Source: Octopus sinensis (lineage: Eukaryota). Taken from it: DNA of 64,000 bases. Of the stretch, positions 53,200 through 64,000 are shown in pieces. Under the pieces are notes generated by a model. The model was not told the origin of the DNA and made no database searches. It saw only the letters and a program-made list of their open reading frames with translations. Positions within the stretch are counted from its first letter, which is position 1. Each line of letters starts with the position of its first letter. The position numbers and the translations under genes were made by a program. Location of the stretch: the NCBI RefSeq assembly GCF_006345805.1, contig NC_043007.1, positions 3,596,001-3,660,000 of the forward strand. Direction: 5' to 3'.

Positions 53200-54530
53200 C
53201 CGAGAAGAAATGAGATGTGTTTTGGAGAACATAAGAGTAATGGAAAATGGAGACAAACGCTCAAGATGTCATTGGAATCATTTATATCACCATATTACCG
53301 ACATATGTTTCTATTGATGCATTAAAATAAATCCAAGGGGAAGAATAATGTGGGAAAATACATCAACCTCATCAAGGAGGAGATTATAAACAACAGCGAT
53401 CATCAATAAGGCATTTTCACAGATGTAAGAAACTACAATATATAAATTATACGGAAAAGAAAGGTGGATAGGGAATGCTAGTAATTTTAAAATACAGTTA
53501 AGAAATTTGACGTCATAGGACGAGAGAAGAAGAGAAGGAAGAAAGAGAATTAAAGGAGTAACGGAGGTATAAACTTGAAGAAGATGAATGACAGATGGAT
53601 AGAAAAGATGAAGGAAAGAATGGGATGTATGGGATGAAAAGAGTAAAGTATAAGTTGCAGATATTATTAGGTAAGAGGCCAGGTATTATTTGAAATAGCT
53701 GGAAGAGTGTTTTTTCTAATGTAAACACCTGTAAACACACTCTTTATAAGTGTTGACCAGTGTATGCTTTAAAAAAGGATAAATAGTTGTTCTTCCGTAC
53801 AAAGAGAGCAAAAAGATTTCCCTTTATCATAGGGAAACGATCTTGACAAAATTTTCCAATCCAAAGAAAATTCAGTTCTATATTTGAGAGATGAGGAATT
53901 AGGTACACTATTTACATTATTTACATTTGATGGATATTTGTCCTCATCTAGTTTATTACAGTCATTGAGATGCCAAATTAGTTTACTAAGACCTGTAGTA
54001 TTACGTGTATGAATATATTTAAATGTAGAAAGATGGTTGGCCAAACGTTTTTTTAGTTCCGTTGAGGAAATGCAAATATAAAAATATTCTTCAGATCCTG
54101 AGGAAACTTTACATTGATAAACAACGCTTTTAATTCTGCAATTTCCGTTGGGAACACAAGTTTTATTTGGACCACAATTACAAGTAATATTCCTATTGTT
54201 ACTATTATTTGAGGAGGGGGTTGTCGTTGTTATTATTATTACTGTTATTACAGTTATTAACCGAAGCCTTTTTACCGTTAAGAATATAATTGTTATGTGA
54301 AGAAATAATTTGCTGGAGGTTATTAGAGTTGGAGAAGCCAATTCTGATACGATGTGAGTTGAGAATGGAATGGTACCTGGACTTTTTGGGGGGAAGTTCC
54401 TTTCGATGGCTTCACGAAACAGGTAAGGAAGGTTACTTTTAATTTGTTTGCCGTATGGAATAACAAACCAAAGAGTTTTACTAAGGTCATGTGATTTATA
54501 AGGAGATTTCTCATTAAAAAACCTTTCTTA
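53200..54530 (-). mobile_element. Penelope-like element 3' part: RT thumb/linker, GIY-YIG endonuclease, 3' UTR with degenerate HHR
   Basis: LWFVIPYGKQIKSNL, then frameshifted RYHSILN..IISSHN, then CNC..C..NGNC..SVVYQ..YIC..KKRLANH..TGLSKLIWHL..WKIL..CSLCTEE. HHR-like motif at 53298-53377. Confidence 0.9.
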
Positions 54531-54810
54531 TTTTTAGTGGCGAAGTATAGTTATCTCCCTTTGACTGTTTATTTACCAAGATTAGGTTTTTGACTATGTA
54601 GATACACACACACACACACGCACACGCGTTTATCAAAAGTTGTTCGGCGCCTCCTCATACTCCCTACTTTCCTCCGTCCTGCTCATCAGTCACAAGGTGA
54701 CTTGAGTACAGTTTGTACAGGATGTTTACTCAAGCAATGGGCCGACAGTTTTCTGCCAACCCGGTGGTTTCATTCTTGGCTATAAGAATGGATGTGTGTG
54801 TGTGTGTGTG

Positions 54811-54915
54811 TCATTATTCAGTTTTATTTTAAGATTTCTTGCCAATAGAGAAAGAGCCGGTTTCTAACCTAGATCCAAGGCTCCTTCATTAGAATTTCAA
54901 CATCAACAACAGAGT
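54811..54915 (-). mobile_element. 3' terminus of the R4/Dong-like element (second copy)
   Basis: Reverse complement of 10880-10972 (aattccaatgaagga..ggatctag.ttagaaacc..ctattggcaagaaatctt.aaataaaac.gaataat); abuts (CA)n. Confidence 0.75.
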
Positions 54916-54999
54916 ATGTATGTATGTATGTATGTATGTATGTATGTATGTATGTATGCATATAGGACCTCACTGCAAATATTCTTTTGCTCATCTCTT

Positions 55000-55310
55000 A
55001 GACTTGATTGTGGTATTATTTCGAAGGTCACTGTCATCTATGACTATTTCAGGTTTCATTTATTGTCAAACAGTTTCACTATTTGATCTACTTTATCCAA
55101 TAATTTCTCTGTCAATAATATTTCTGCTCCATCCACCACACTAGCATTGTACCAGTTCTGTAGAAATGTGACTAAGGCTCTGTTCCATCTTACCTCTTGC
55201 ACACAGCACACAACAACTCACTTCCGTTGTAGTGTATCTCTACAATCTCTTCGGACCTACCTTTCATCAGGCCATCGATGATGGTGAAAGTACTAAAATT
55301 TTGCATCTAA
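55000..55310 (-). mobile_element. RTE LINE APE endonuclease fragment
   Basis: MKGRSEEIVE..VCCVQEVRW..DGAEILLTEKLLDKV matches the APE N-terminal motifs of RTE elements. Confidence 0.75.
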
Positions 55311-57031
55311 CAAGGAAAATGAAGCTCCTAGGAATAAGTGGGTTGTTTGATGCCTCTTTTCTACATCTGGACGGGAGGAAATTAATGAAATCATTCGACG
55401 ATGATCGAAGATTGTTAACACGTGGCCAGATGTTACTTTCTGATCATTTCACTACCGTACATAATTGTGAGTACTGCAAGCATAAGTAGATTTTTTTCAT
55501 TACATTTATGACTTTCATGATGTTAGAATGGTTTGGGTTTTTGGATTGATGCCCTTTTTATCACCGACCACTTTGCTGCACAGAGTGCTCACCTTTTATT
55601 GTTTATACTAGACAGGTAGTCTTTTAGGAGTAAAGTGTCCATTGCATAAGATGTTTTCAGTTCAGAGTTACACACACACACACACATACACACACACACA
55701 CATACACACATACACACACACGCACGCGCGCTTGGACAGGTCCCCTTCATTGTAGTTTGCAGAGTCTATAATCTCCGTGCATTCAAGGAAAAATCCTTTT
55801 TGTAAACGAGTTCGTTCGGATTGCTAGACTTCGTAGACACCATTCCTTCACAGGTTTCCACAAAATGCTGGGATCATTTGGATTTTCCAACTTTCCAGAT
55901 AGGTTACCTTCACTGCAGTTGTAAAGTCAAATCTCTCCATCATAAGACAAGGGGAGATAGTGTTTAGGCTTATCGAGCAGATCTAAAGAACTGAAGCATG
56001 TGGGCAAAAGTCTTCACCGAGCAGGTGGCTTCCAATGGAAGACTGAGACAGACAGTTGGTAGGTTAAAAATCTTTACTCTCTCTGCATCCCGGTAACTTA
56101 GTGGTTCAGCAAGAGAGACCAATGGAAAAAGTACTAGGCTAAAAGAAATAAATCCAGGTGTTGAGTCATTTGACCGAAACCCTTCAAGGTGGTGCTGCCC
56201 TAGCATGGCCGTGATCAAATAATTGAAACAAGCAAAAGAAACAAAGAGATATTTATGTTTGTGAGTGTGTGTGTGGGCGTTCAGACATTATTATTTGTTA
56301 GGAATAGAAGGTGTTAGAAAACCTTATTTATCCTAAGCTTAGCTTTTGTCTTGGTTAATTACACAAACAGGAACTCATTAAATGTTGAAGAAATCATGCA
56401 ACCATGCTGACTCGCTTAATAAAAGCTTCGGTTATTAATGAAGTCAGAAATCATAAAATATTAATGATATTAATTTGTGAGGGAAATTGAAGGTTAAATT
56501 TTATATGTCTTGTATAAGCTTTTTATGAAAGGGATTTGGTTTAAAGTAAATATCAGTGTTGGAGAGAAGAAGGGTTGATAGAAATGGTGACAAGTTCATT
56601 TAGCACTGCATCCTTTCTGTTAATTCAATGCAGATACCTCGGCCCACTGATTAGAACCAATGAATATAGAGCCTGGGTTCAGTCCTGCTGCATGGCAGTT
56701 AAGTGTCTTCTACTATAGCCCTGGGTCGACCAAAATTTCAGAGTGAATTGGGTGGAGGAAAACTGAAAGAAGTCAGTTGTATATGCATACAAATATACAT
56801 ATATGTATGTATGTATGTATGTATGTAGGTAGGTAGGTGGGTGTGTGTCCCCACCCCAGCTTGAGAGCTGGTGTTGGTTCCTGTCCTCATAACGTAGCAG
56901 TTTGGCAGAGTTTGATTGAATAAGAATCAGACTTTCAAATAAAATAAGTACTGGCATCAATTTGTTCAACTAAAGCCCTTCAATGCAGTGCTCCAGCATG
57001 GCCACAGTCCAATGATTGAAACAAGTTAAAG

Positions 57032-57084
<53 letters not shown>

Positions 57085-57085
<1 letters not shown>

Positions 57086-57590
57086 TATGCCAGGGGTGTA
57101 ACCAGCCCACTTATGCGTACCTTTCCTTCATTGGACACTAAACTCTGCTTGTGAAGACCTGTTGAGGCAAGTGAAATTGAAATTGAAATCAATGATTGGC
57201 ATCTGTGCTAGTGAAGCGCTAAGAGCACCATCCATGTGTGATCGTTACCAGAGTGGCTAACTGGCACTCGTACCAGTGGCACATGAAAAAAACATTCGAG
57301 CGAGGTCGTTACCAGTGCCGCTGGACTGGCTCCTGTGCAGGTAGTACATAAAAAGCACCATTTGAGTGTGTCTGTTGCCAGTATCGCCTAACTGGTCCTC
57401 AGGCTGGTGGCACGTAAAAGCACCCACTACACTCTCGGAGTGGTTGGCGTTAGGAAGGGCATCCAAGTGTAGAAACTTTGCCAGATCAAGATTGGAGCCT
57501 GGTGCAGCCATCTGGTTCGCCAGCCCTCAGTCAAATTGTCCAACCCATGCTAGCATGGAAAGCGGACGTTAAACAATGATGATGATGATG
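57085..57590 (+). mobile_element. Family E element with internal ~60-bp degenerate repeats and (GAT)n tail
   Basis: Homologous to 59530-59930 and 44765-45036. Confidence 0.8.
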
Positions 57591-58009
57591 ATATATATAT
57601 TGTGAAACCTGGATGGAGAGATGATGTGTGGGCATGACGGATGGTACTTGGTTGCCTATATGGCAACTCCACAATTTGAATAGTGCTAATCTCGAAACAG
57701 ACAAAAGGTAGAAATACTAGGTCAGTCAATCTTGTAGGTAAGGCCTCATATCAGAAAGGAGGTTTGTGGTGGGCCTGTGCACTGTAAAAGTGTTGAGAGG
57801 AAGGCCCTAAAACAGTGCCCATTCTCTCCTAATGACTCCTGAAACTTATTAGCATCTGGCACGAATAGTGTTCAACTGACAGAACTTACATAAGCAAGCT
57901 ATTTCCAAGTCTCCAGTAAATTGGCAGAATTATTAGCGTTGGACACAATGTTTCACTGCTTCTGTCGCAACTTTGAGCCATCTGCATTCTGAGTAAAAAA
58001 ATAAATAAA

Positions 58010-58240
58010 TGCGCCCTTCTAAATCCTAGCCAGGCTCATGGGCCCGGTTTCCCTGTTTCTATGGCATATGTGTTCCCCAGCTGGACGGGATGCCAGTCCA
58101 TTGCAGCGTTACTCACTTTTGCCAGCTGAGTGGACTGGAGCAGTGTTTTGCTCAAGAACACGTGTCACCCGGTCCAGGAATCGAAACCACAATCTTACAA
58201 TCATGGTACTGACACCCTAACCACTAAGCCATGCACTTCC
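58010..58240 (-). mobile_element. SINE family C
   Basis: Reverse complement of the 33115-33340 type. Confidence 0.8.
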
Positions 58241-59529
58241 ACGCATTCTGAGTACAAATCCTATAAAAGTTAATCCAGAGAATTTGGAGATGAAGGGAAT
58301 TTTGTTCCAGCTGCTTTGTGTTCCAAATCCTGCTTTGGCCTAAATTAGTTGGTCGACTTCATCCACCACTTCGTTTAACCTCTTTGAAAGCTGTTAAATC
58401 TGCTAAAATTAAATCTGTTTCTGTTAATTGCAGAAAGTGGTTTTCCCTGACTGTTTTGGGAAAAATTTCTTATCCTCTGAGAAATGGGGGCAGCCCCAAT
58501 GGCACTTTTTATAAAAGACAATTTTTCAGATTTTCTATAATCTTCCACATACTTCATCAAATGTCTCTTTACAGAGAAAGAATCAAAATACTTTTAGAGG
58601 TGGATATGAAACCCATACCCACAGAAGAAGAAAACATCAATTCAGGAAGTGGGGGTAGGTTTAATTAACATTGTTATGGGAATGACCATGAAATTTGATT
58701 ATACAGTCAAAGGGTTAACACCCACACATGACCCCTTGAGTCGCATCAGCAGAATTCACTGTTCCAGCATTCAAGCCTGATCTTTGGTTTGAGAACACTT
58801 TCCTCACTCACTGGCATCAGTTGTGAAGACCCTGTAAAAAGTGAAGAGCAGTGCCTTCCCTCCTTCCCAAATATCTCTTTATAAAAGCCAATACATATGT
58901 TGGGCTGAGTTGATTTCTCCAGTCACACTTTACACCATATAAGAAATGAGAAAAAAAAGATGGGAATTAACAGATGTTCAAACTGAGTGCACATACTAGG
59001 ATTGGTGGAAGACAATGAGTAAAAGAACTTTCCACACACATACATATATAGTGAGAAAGAAGAAGAAAAGGCAGGATTATTTCTGGGAAGAGTTACACAA
59101 ATGAGAAGTGAGGGAAAGTTGTTCTCCATACACAAAATACAAAGAGCAATTAAATTCACAACTGAATCTGCTGGAACATTTTAATACATTATTGTTTTAT
59201 TTAATTCTAACCCTGCCAGGCCATATTCCCACTCTAACAGGAAGAGCTTCAACAAAATCTCTGCTGGATTCTTGGTGAAACAATAATGAACAACATGCAT
59301 AAAAAAACTAAGATGCAACTGGTGCTGTCCGCTAGTTTCCCTGCAATCATTTATATTTAACTGTATACACAATTTTTTTTTTTCTTTGCTCAAGGTCCCA
59401 GCTGGAGAGTAAAGTTAGATACAGGGGCCCCAGCTCTGAGGGGGTTAAAATAAATATTTTTCCTTTGAAAGTAAGTACAAGCACAAAAAAATTTGATGAA
59501 AATTAAATTATAATTTCTGATATTACATA

Positions 59530-59930
59530 TTGGCACTCGAGCCCCGTGCTAGTAGGGTGCTAAGAGCACCATCCGAGCGTGATCGTTGCCAGAGTGGCCA
59601 ACTGGCTTCCGTGCCGATGGCACATAAAAGGCACCATTCAAGCGTGATCGTTACCAGCATCGCCTTACTGACACCTGTGCAGGTGGCATGTGTAAAAGAT
59701 TCGAGCGAGGTCGTTGCCAGTACCACCTCACTGGCCCCTGTGCCGGTGGCACATAAAAGCACCCACTACACTCTCGGAGTGGTTGGCGTTAGGAAGGGCA
59801 TCCAGCTGTAGAAACTCTGCCAGATCAAGACTGGAGCCTGGTGCAGCCATCTGGTTCGCCAGCCCACAGTCAAACCGTCCAACCCATGCTAGCATGGAAA
59901 GCGGACGTTAAACGATGATGATGATGATGA
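59530..59930 (+). mobile_element. Family E element
   Basis: About 4 internal units containing gtgcc..ggcacataaaagcacc, the ggaagggcatccagctgtagaaa core and a (GAT)n tail. Confidence 0.82.
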
Positions 59931-60222
59931 TTAGCTAAATTACTCCTGAAGATTCCCATTATATGACAGATAAAACTCTGGTATATTTGTTGCCTTGTTC
60001 CCAAATAGTAAATCCTTATTGTGTAATAAATGAAGAATTGTCCTTATTTATTAGTGCTGAATTTCTGGCTACCATCAACCTAGACATTCAGTTCTGCCAG
60101 AAAAATTAAATAAGTTTTTTAAGTATTAGACACCTCAGCCAAAGCAAATTCATTTGACCGTCAAAATATTAAATAGAGGATGCGGCAGATATACTTCAGG
60201 GATTTTTTTGTTTCTTTTGTAG

Positions 60223-60377
60223 TCACCCTGCTACCACAAATGGTAAACCAGGCAATGGTTCCCACCCACAAACCCAATACTCTGTAGATCTTTCATTTGA
60301 TAAGATAATTATTTATCTGCGAAACGAGAAAGCCTCGAGTCAAAATTTACTGGCAATTTTTGCAGTTTTGCACCAAG
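60223..60377 (+). CDS. Candidate internal exon (HPATTNGKPGNGSHPQTQYSVDLSFDKIIIYLRNEKASSQNLLAIFAVLHQ)
   Basis: Acceptor tttttttgtttcttttgtag, donor CAAG|gtaact, one + frame open throughout. No homology recognised. Confidence 0.25.
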
Positions 60378-60668
60378 GTAACTTTTGACCTTCACATTCC
60401 AAACATCATGTTTGTACCCCACAATATACCTGAAATATATAATGCACACTTTTATAAAGATGGTACAGTATTCTTTTAAAAAGATTTAGTTGTTATTTCT
60501 AGCAAGTCAAGCAAATCAGAGGGGTATCGGATTAGTTCAAAGAGAAGTCACAAGCTGGTGTTAAATCTCGGAATATGTTATGTGCTCTTACACTGAATTC
60601 ACTTTCACTCATGGAGCAAAGTCATAACTACAAAATTAAAGCCAGGCTGAATGCAAGAGTAAATATCT

Positions 60669-60899
60669 TTAACCTTTTCATTACCAACCCAGCTGAAACC
60701 GGCTCTGGCTCTTTAATATACATATCTTGTTTTCATAAGTTTTTAATTAAAATCTTCCACCAAATCTTATTCGCAATTTATGTTCCTAAAACTAGCTGAA
60801 TGATAACTAAAGTTATTTTACTAAATTCTTTGTTATATTTAAAATGATTGAAAGAAACACAGAGCATCACAAAAAGAAATTCAGTATTGAAAGGGTTAA
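60669..60899. mobile_element. piggyBac-like MITE
   Basis: TTAA-ccttttcattac ... gtattgaaaggg-TTAA. Confidence 0.7.
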
Positions 60900-61696
60900 A
60901 TAATTAGAGAGGGAAGTCTAAGATTAAATCTAACGAGGTAGAGGTAAACTGACAAAAGAACAGCTCACAATCCATTAGGTATTTATTTTTTTTTTTAACA
61001 TTGCAGAAATTTAGGTGCTTGTTTCGCAACCCAATGGTTTCAGGTTGTCCAAACTGCACAGCACTATCGGCATCTGTAATCCCAGACACTGACAAAAGAC
61101 CTGTGTGTGTGTGTGTGTGCGTCTGTGCACGTTCTCACACACACCAGTGTGTGCATATGCAAGTGTTTCTTTACAGTCATTTGTACGAGAGTATGGTAGG
61201 CCATATGTGGATACTTCATGGATTTCAAAGCCATGAGAAAATTAAGTGATCCCTCTCATGTTATAATCCAACCACTGAAAGTATGGTGAGGACGAAAAAA
61301 AGGACGCAGAACGAATAGTCGAGGCAATCATTTGGAACTGCAATCTAGTCTGCACAAAAACGATACATTGTGTGTGAAAATAAAAATAAAAGACATTTCA
61401 TCATCGAATCAGTTTTCTTTATAAATTGCCATCTCTTGATTGTATCCAGTATTCATAAAATTTATATGTACTTTTAAAATAGTTATCTCCCTTAGTCCAA
61501 TATTTTCCTTACAGTCAGCAACTAAGAAATGCAGTAACCGAAAAGACGTCAAGTGCAAATCAATGGCAGGCACCGAGTTTATTCAGTGAAAAGGATTTAT
61601 CTTTCTGTCAAAATTATCGATACAAACTGCCCAACAACTCCCAAACACAAGTCGTTGACATAAATAAGTAATTTATGTTTTTTTTCCCACTGAACA

Positions 61697-61915
61697 GTTC
61701 GACCGGGGTCTGGTAAGCCATGGAGGCTGCACCAGGCTCTCGTCTGATTCGGCAGTGTTTCCACAGCTGGTTGGCGTTAGGAAGGGCATCCAGCTGTAGA
61801 AACACTGCCAGATCAGACTGGAGCCTAGTGCAGCCTCCATGGCTTACCAGACCCCGGTTGAACCGTCCAACCCATGCTAGCATTGAAAGCGGACGTTAAA
61901 CGATGATGATGATGA
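61697..61915 (+). mobile_element. Family E 3' part with an inverted 74-bp head (foldback)
   Basis: Arms 61697-61770 / 61790-61863 with ~7 mismatches and a 19-nt spacer. Confidence 0.85.
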
Positions 61916-64000
61916 ACACATCTCCCCATTCAATTTTCCGATGTTGAATGAAGCTTGAAAATCCGAATTCAAATTGAAAAGAATAAAACCTCTTCAGGGA
62001 GAAGTGGTCCATTAATCCGACACGCCCCGCAGTACAATGTCTACAAGAACAACCAGCAGATTCAATAAAAAGAACATCTATCACTCGTAAAGGATTTTTC
62101 TTTGAATTCTTGGGAACTTTGAAAAGACGCTAATCCACAAACTGACAACACTGACATAAACTGTTCTGTAAGTTTTATTTTTATTTAAAAAAAAAAATTA
62201 TAATTTTTAATTTTTTTTTTTTTAAGGTGGGGAAATAACGGCAAAGCAAGAACATTATTCATTCATCTTTGGGAAAGACTCAAAACAAAATTTACAAAAT
62301 TCAAAAATAAACGTTAATTATTTTTTTTCTTTCTTCTCCAGAGATATTTCAGAATACAATATGAAACTAGGATAAAGGGGGGGAAAAAAAGGAAGAAAAA
62401 AATAGTATGAGAACGATTAAGATAGAAAGTAAAAATAAATCTGGAAAGGATAATCAAGGTTTAATTATCCTTCAGTTTTGGTTGAATGTTGCAGTTAAAA
62501 AAATATTTTTAATTTTTGAAAAGGAAGAAAAGGATAAAGCCAAAGTGACAATTGTAACTTGAAAAATAACCTGGAAAATTAAAATAAAAGTTGGAGATTC
62601 AATGTTGTACACAAGCTCTGAAAGAGAATGTTAATCTAAAAATTAAACTGATAGATTTGTTTCTGACATTGTTAAATGGTGACATTAAACCAATATTAAA
62701 AAAGTTGAGACTGTTTAAGGCACCAACATCCAAATTCTACCCAGCAGCAATAGCTTCATGTACCATAGAATTTCTGATGGAGCGAAACACCTACCTTAAT
62801 AATAGTACGTGTCATTCAAGAGAATTTTTTTAACTCGTGGTACAAATGGAGGTTGTTTTTAAGAGGGGGGGAAAAAAGGTGAGGAAGGGATTATATTTAA
62901 TTGAAAAATCCGTATTCTATAGACTTTGCCACGCGAAGGGATGGGATGTCAGGATTTTAAGTGTATAAATTTACTACAATTAATAAAATGTTTCACAGAT
63001 TAGTTTTCAAAATATAAGCCTCAGGAGAAACAGCGTTTCGACATGATTGTTATAGATTTTATACCAACTGACTTCATTGAAATTTTATAATGAACCACTT
63101 TGAAGTAGTACAAGCATACCACTTAGATGGCAAGATAAAGAAACACAGCTACATCATACAGTTAAGCTTGCTAGAATCTCAATAAAGCTTTCTTTAACAC
63201 CATTCAAACGTAAAATCTAAGCTTCCTTGCTACTTCAGTTGAAATTTGGTTTGAACTGGATATGAGGAACTGGTATTAGGAATACATCAAAGATTTTACA
63301 AGAAGCAAATGTGTTGGAAAGACCACCTATCGTATCAAAATAAGGAATTTTAAAACCAGTTTTGCTTCATCTAACTAGGAAAACAGTCTTTTATTAATTA
63401 AGTCTTAGCTGAACTAATAAATGTTGGTTGATTGTCCTTAACTCAGATTAGGAAAATTAGACAAACTTTAAAAACAACTTTTTAATCAAATAAGAACCTT
63501 TATTACAGATTTTCTTCAACTACATGCTTGTTAATACTCAAAAAAAGTCAATGAAGAATTCTGTACACGTGCACACAGGAACAAGAAAATATATTTGGAA
63601 CAGTTTTAAAAACACAACCTATTTGGAACATCTTAACTCGGTTCCTGCAACGCTTATTCTTGCTGATAATTAAAAAGCAATTTAAGGCTTTTTTTTTTTT
63701 TGAGAATGTCTTAATTATATTAGAAAGGAAAAAAAAAAAAGACTTAATATGCGGAATTGTAATTCTGGCATAAGTTTATTCCATTAAAAAAAAATTAGGA
63801 CCAGTCAGATATAAAAATCAGACAAAATTAAAAGAATTAAAAACCTGTCATATCACTGAAGAAGCAGCCAGTCTTTATACAATAAAGAACAGTGAATCCA
63901 TTCATCAGTTGATATTTTATTACGGTTAATAATATTAGTTCAATAAAGGTGAAATAACTAAGTCTTAAGAAAAAAATCTGCCAAATTATATTCACCATAT

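Noticed and set aside
54655-54695. CTGATGAG..GAAA on the minus strand (also a similar motif near 15250-15280)
   Set aside because: No stem II closure or stem I/III pairing, so not called as HHR.
55271-55466. + strand exon-like ORF with good splice sites
   Set aside because: It overlaps and adjoins the antisense 5' end and endonuclease of an RTE relic (CCVQEVRW motif on the minus strand).
58805-59340. Spliced YGLAGVFTTD resembling an ALDH motif
   Set aside because: It needs an arbitrary exon join, lacks flanking ALDH residues and hits a stop immediately.

Overview
AT-rich eukaryotic non-coding DNA with extreme microsatellite density. The repeat families resemble those I recall from Octopus (coleoid cephalopod); this is an inference, not a database result. 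No complete host gene is recognisable, only a few low-confidence candidate exons, and nearly all listed ORFs are microsatellite artefacts or TE fragments. TE content: several tRNA-head SINE families; LINE relics (two Tx1/L1-clade copies, RTE, CR1-group, R4/Dong-like RLE); Penelope-like elements (PLE) with a GIY-YIG remnant; two mariner relics; a near full-length DD41D-type Tc1/mariner; a hAT transposase relic; and hAT, piggyBac and Tc1 MITEs. Main discoveries: (1) many minimal type I hammerhead ribozyme (HHR) motifs with palindromic stem III; (2) a ~485-bp tandem-plus-inverted array (47281-49066) with one HHR per unit, i.e. retrozyme-like architecture predicting ~485-nt self-cleaved or circular RNAs; (3) a SINE sharing its 3' end with the Tx1-like LINE (candidate partner); (4) evidence that Tx1, R4/Dong and PLE insertions favour microsatellites, including the one inside a SINE.
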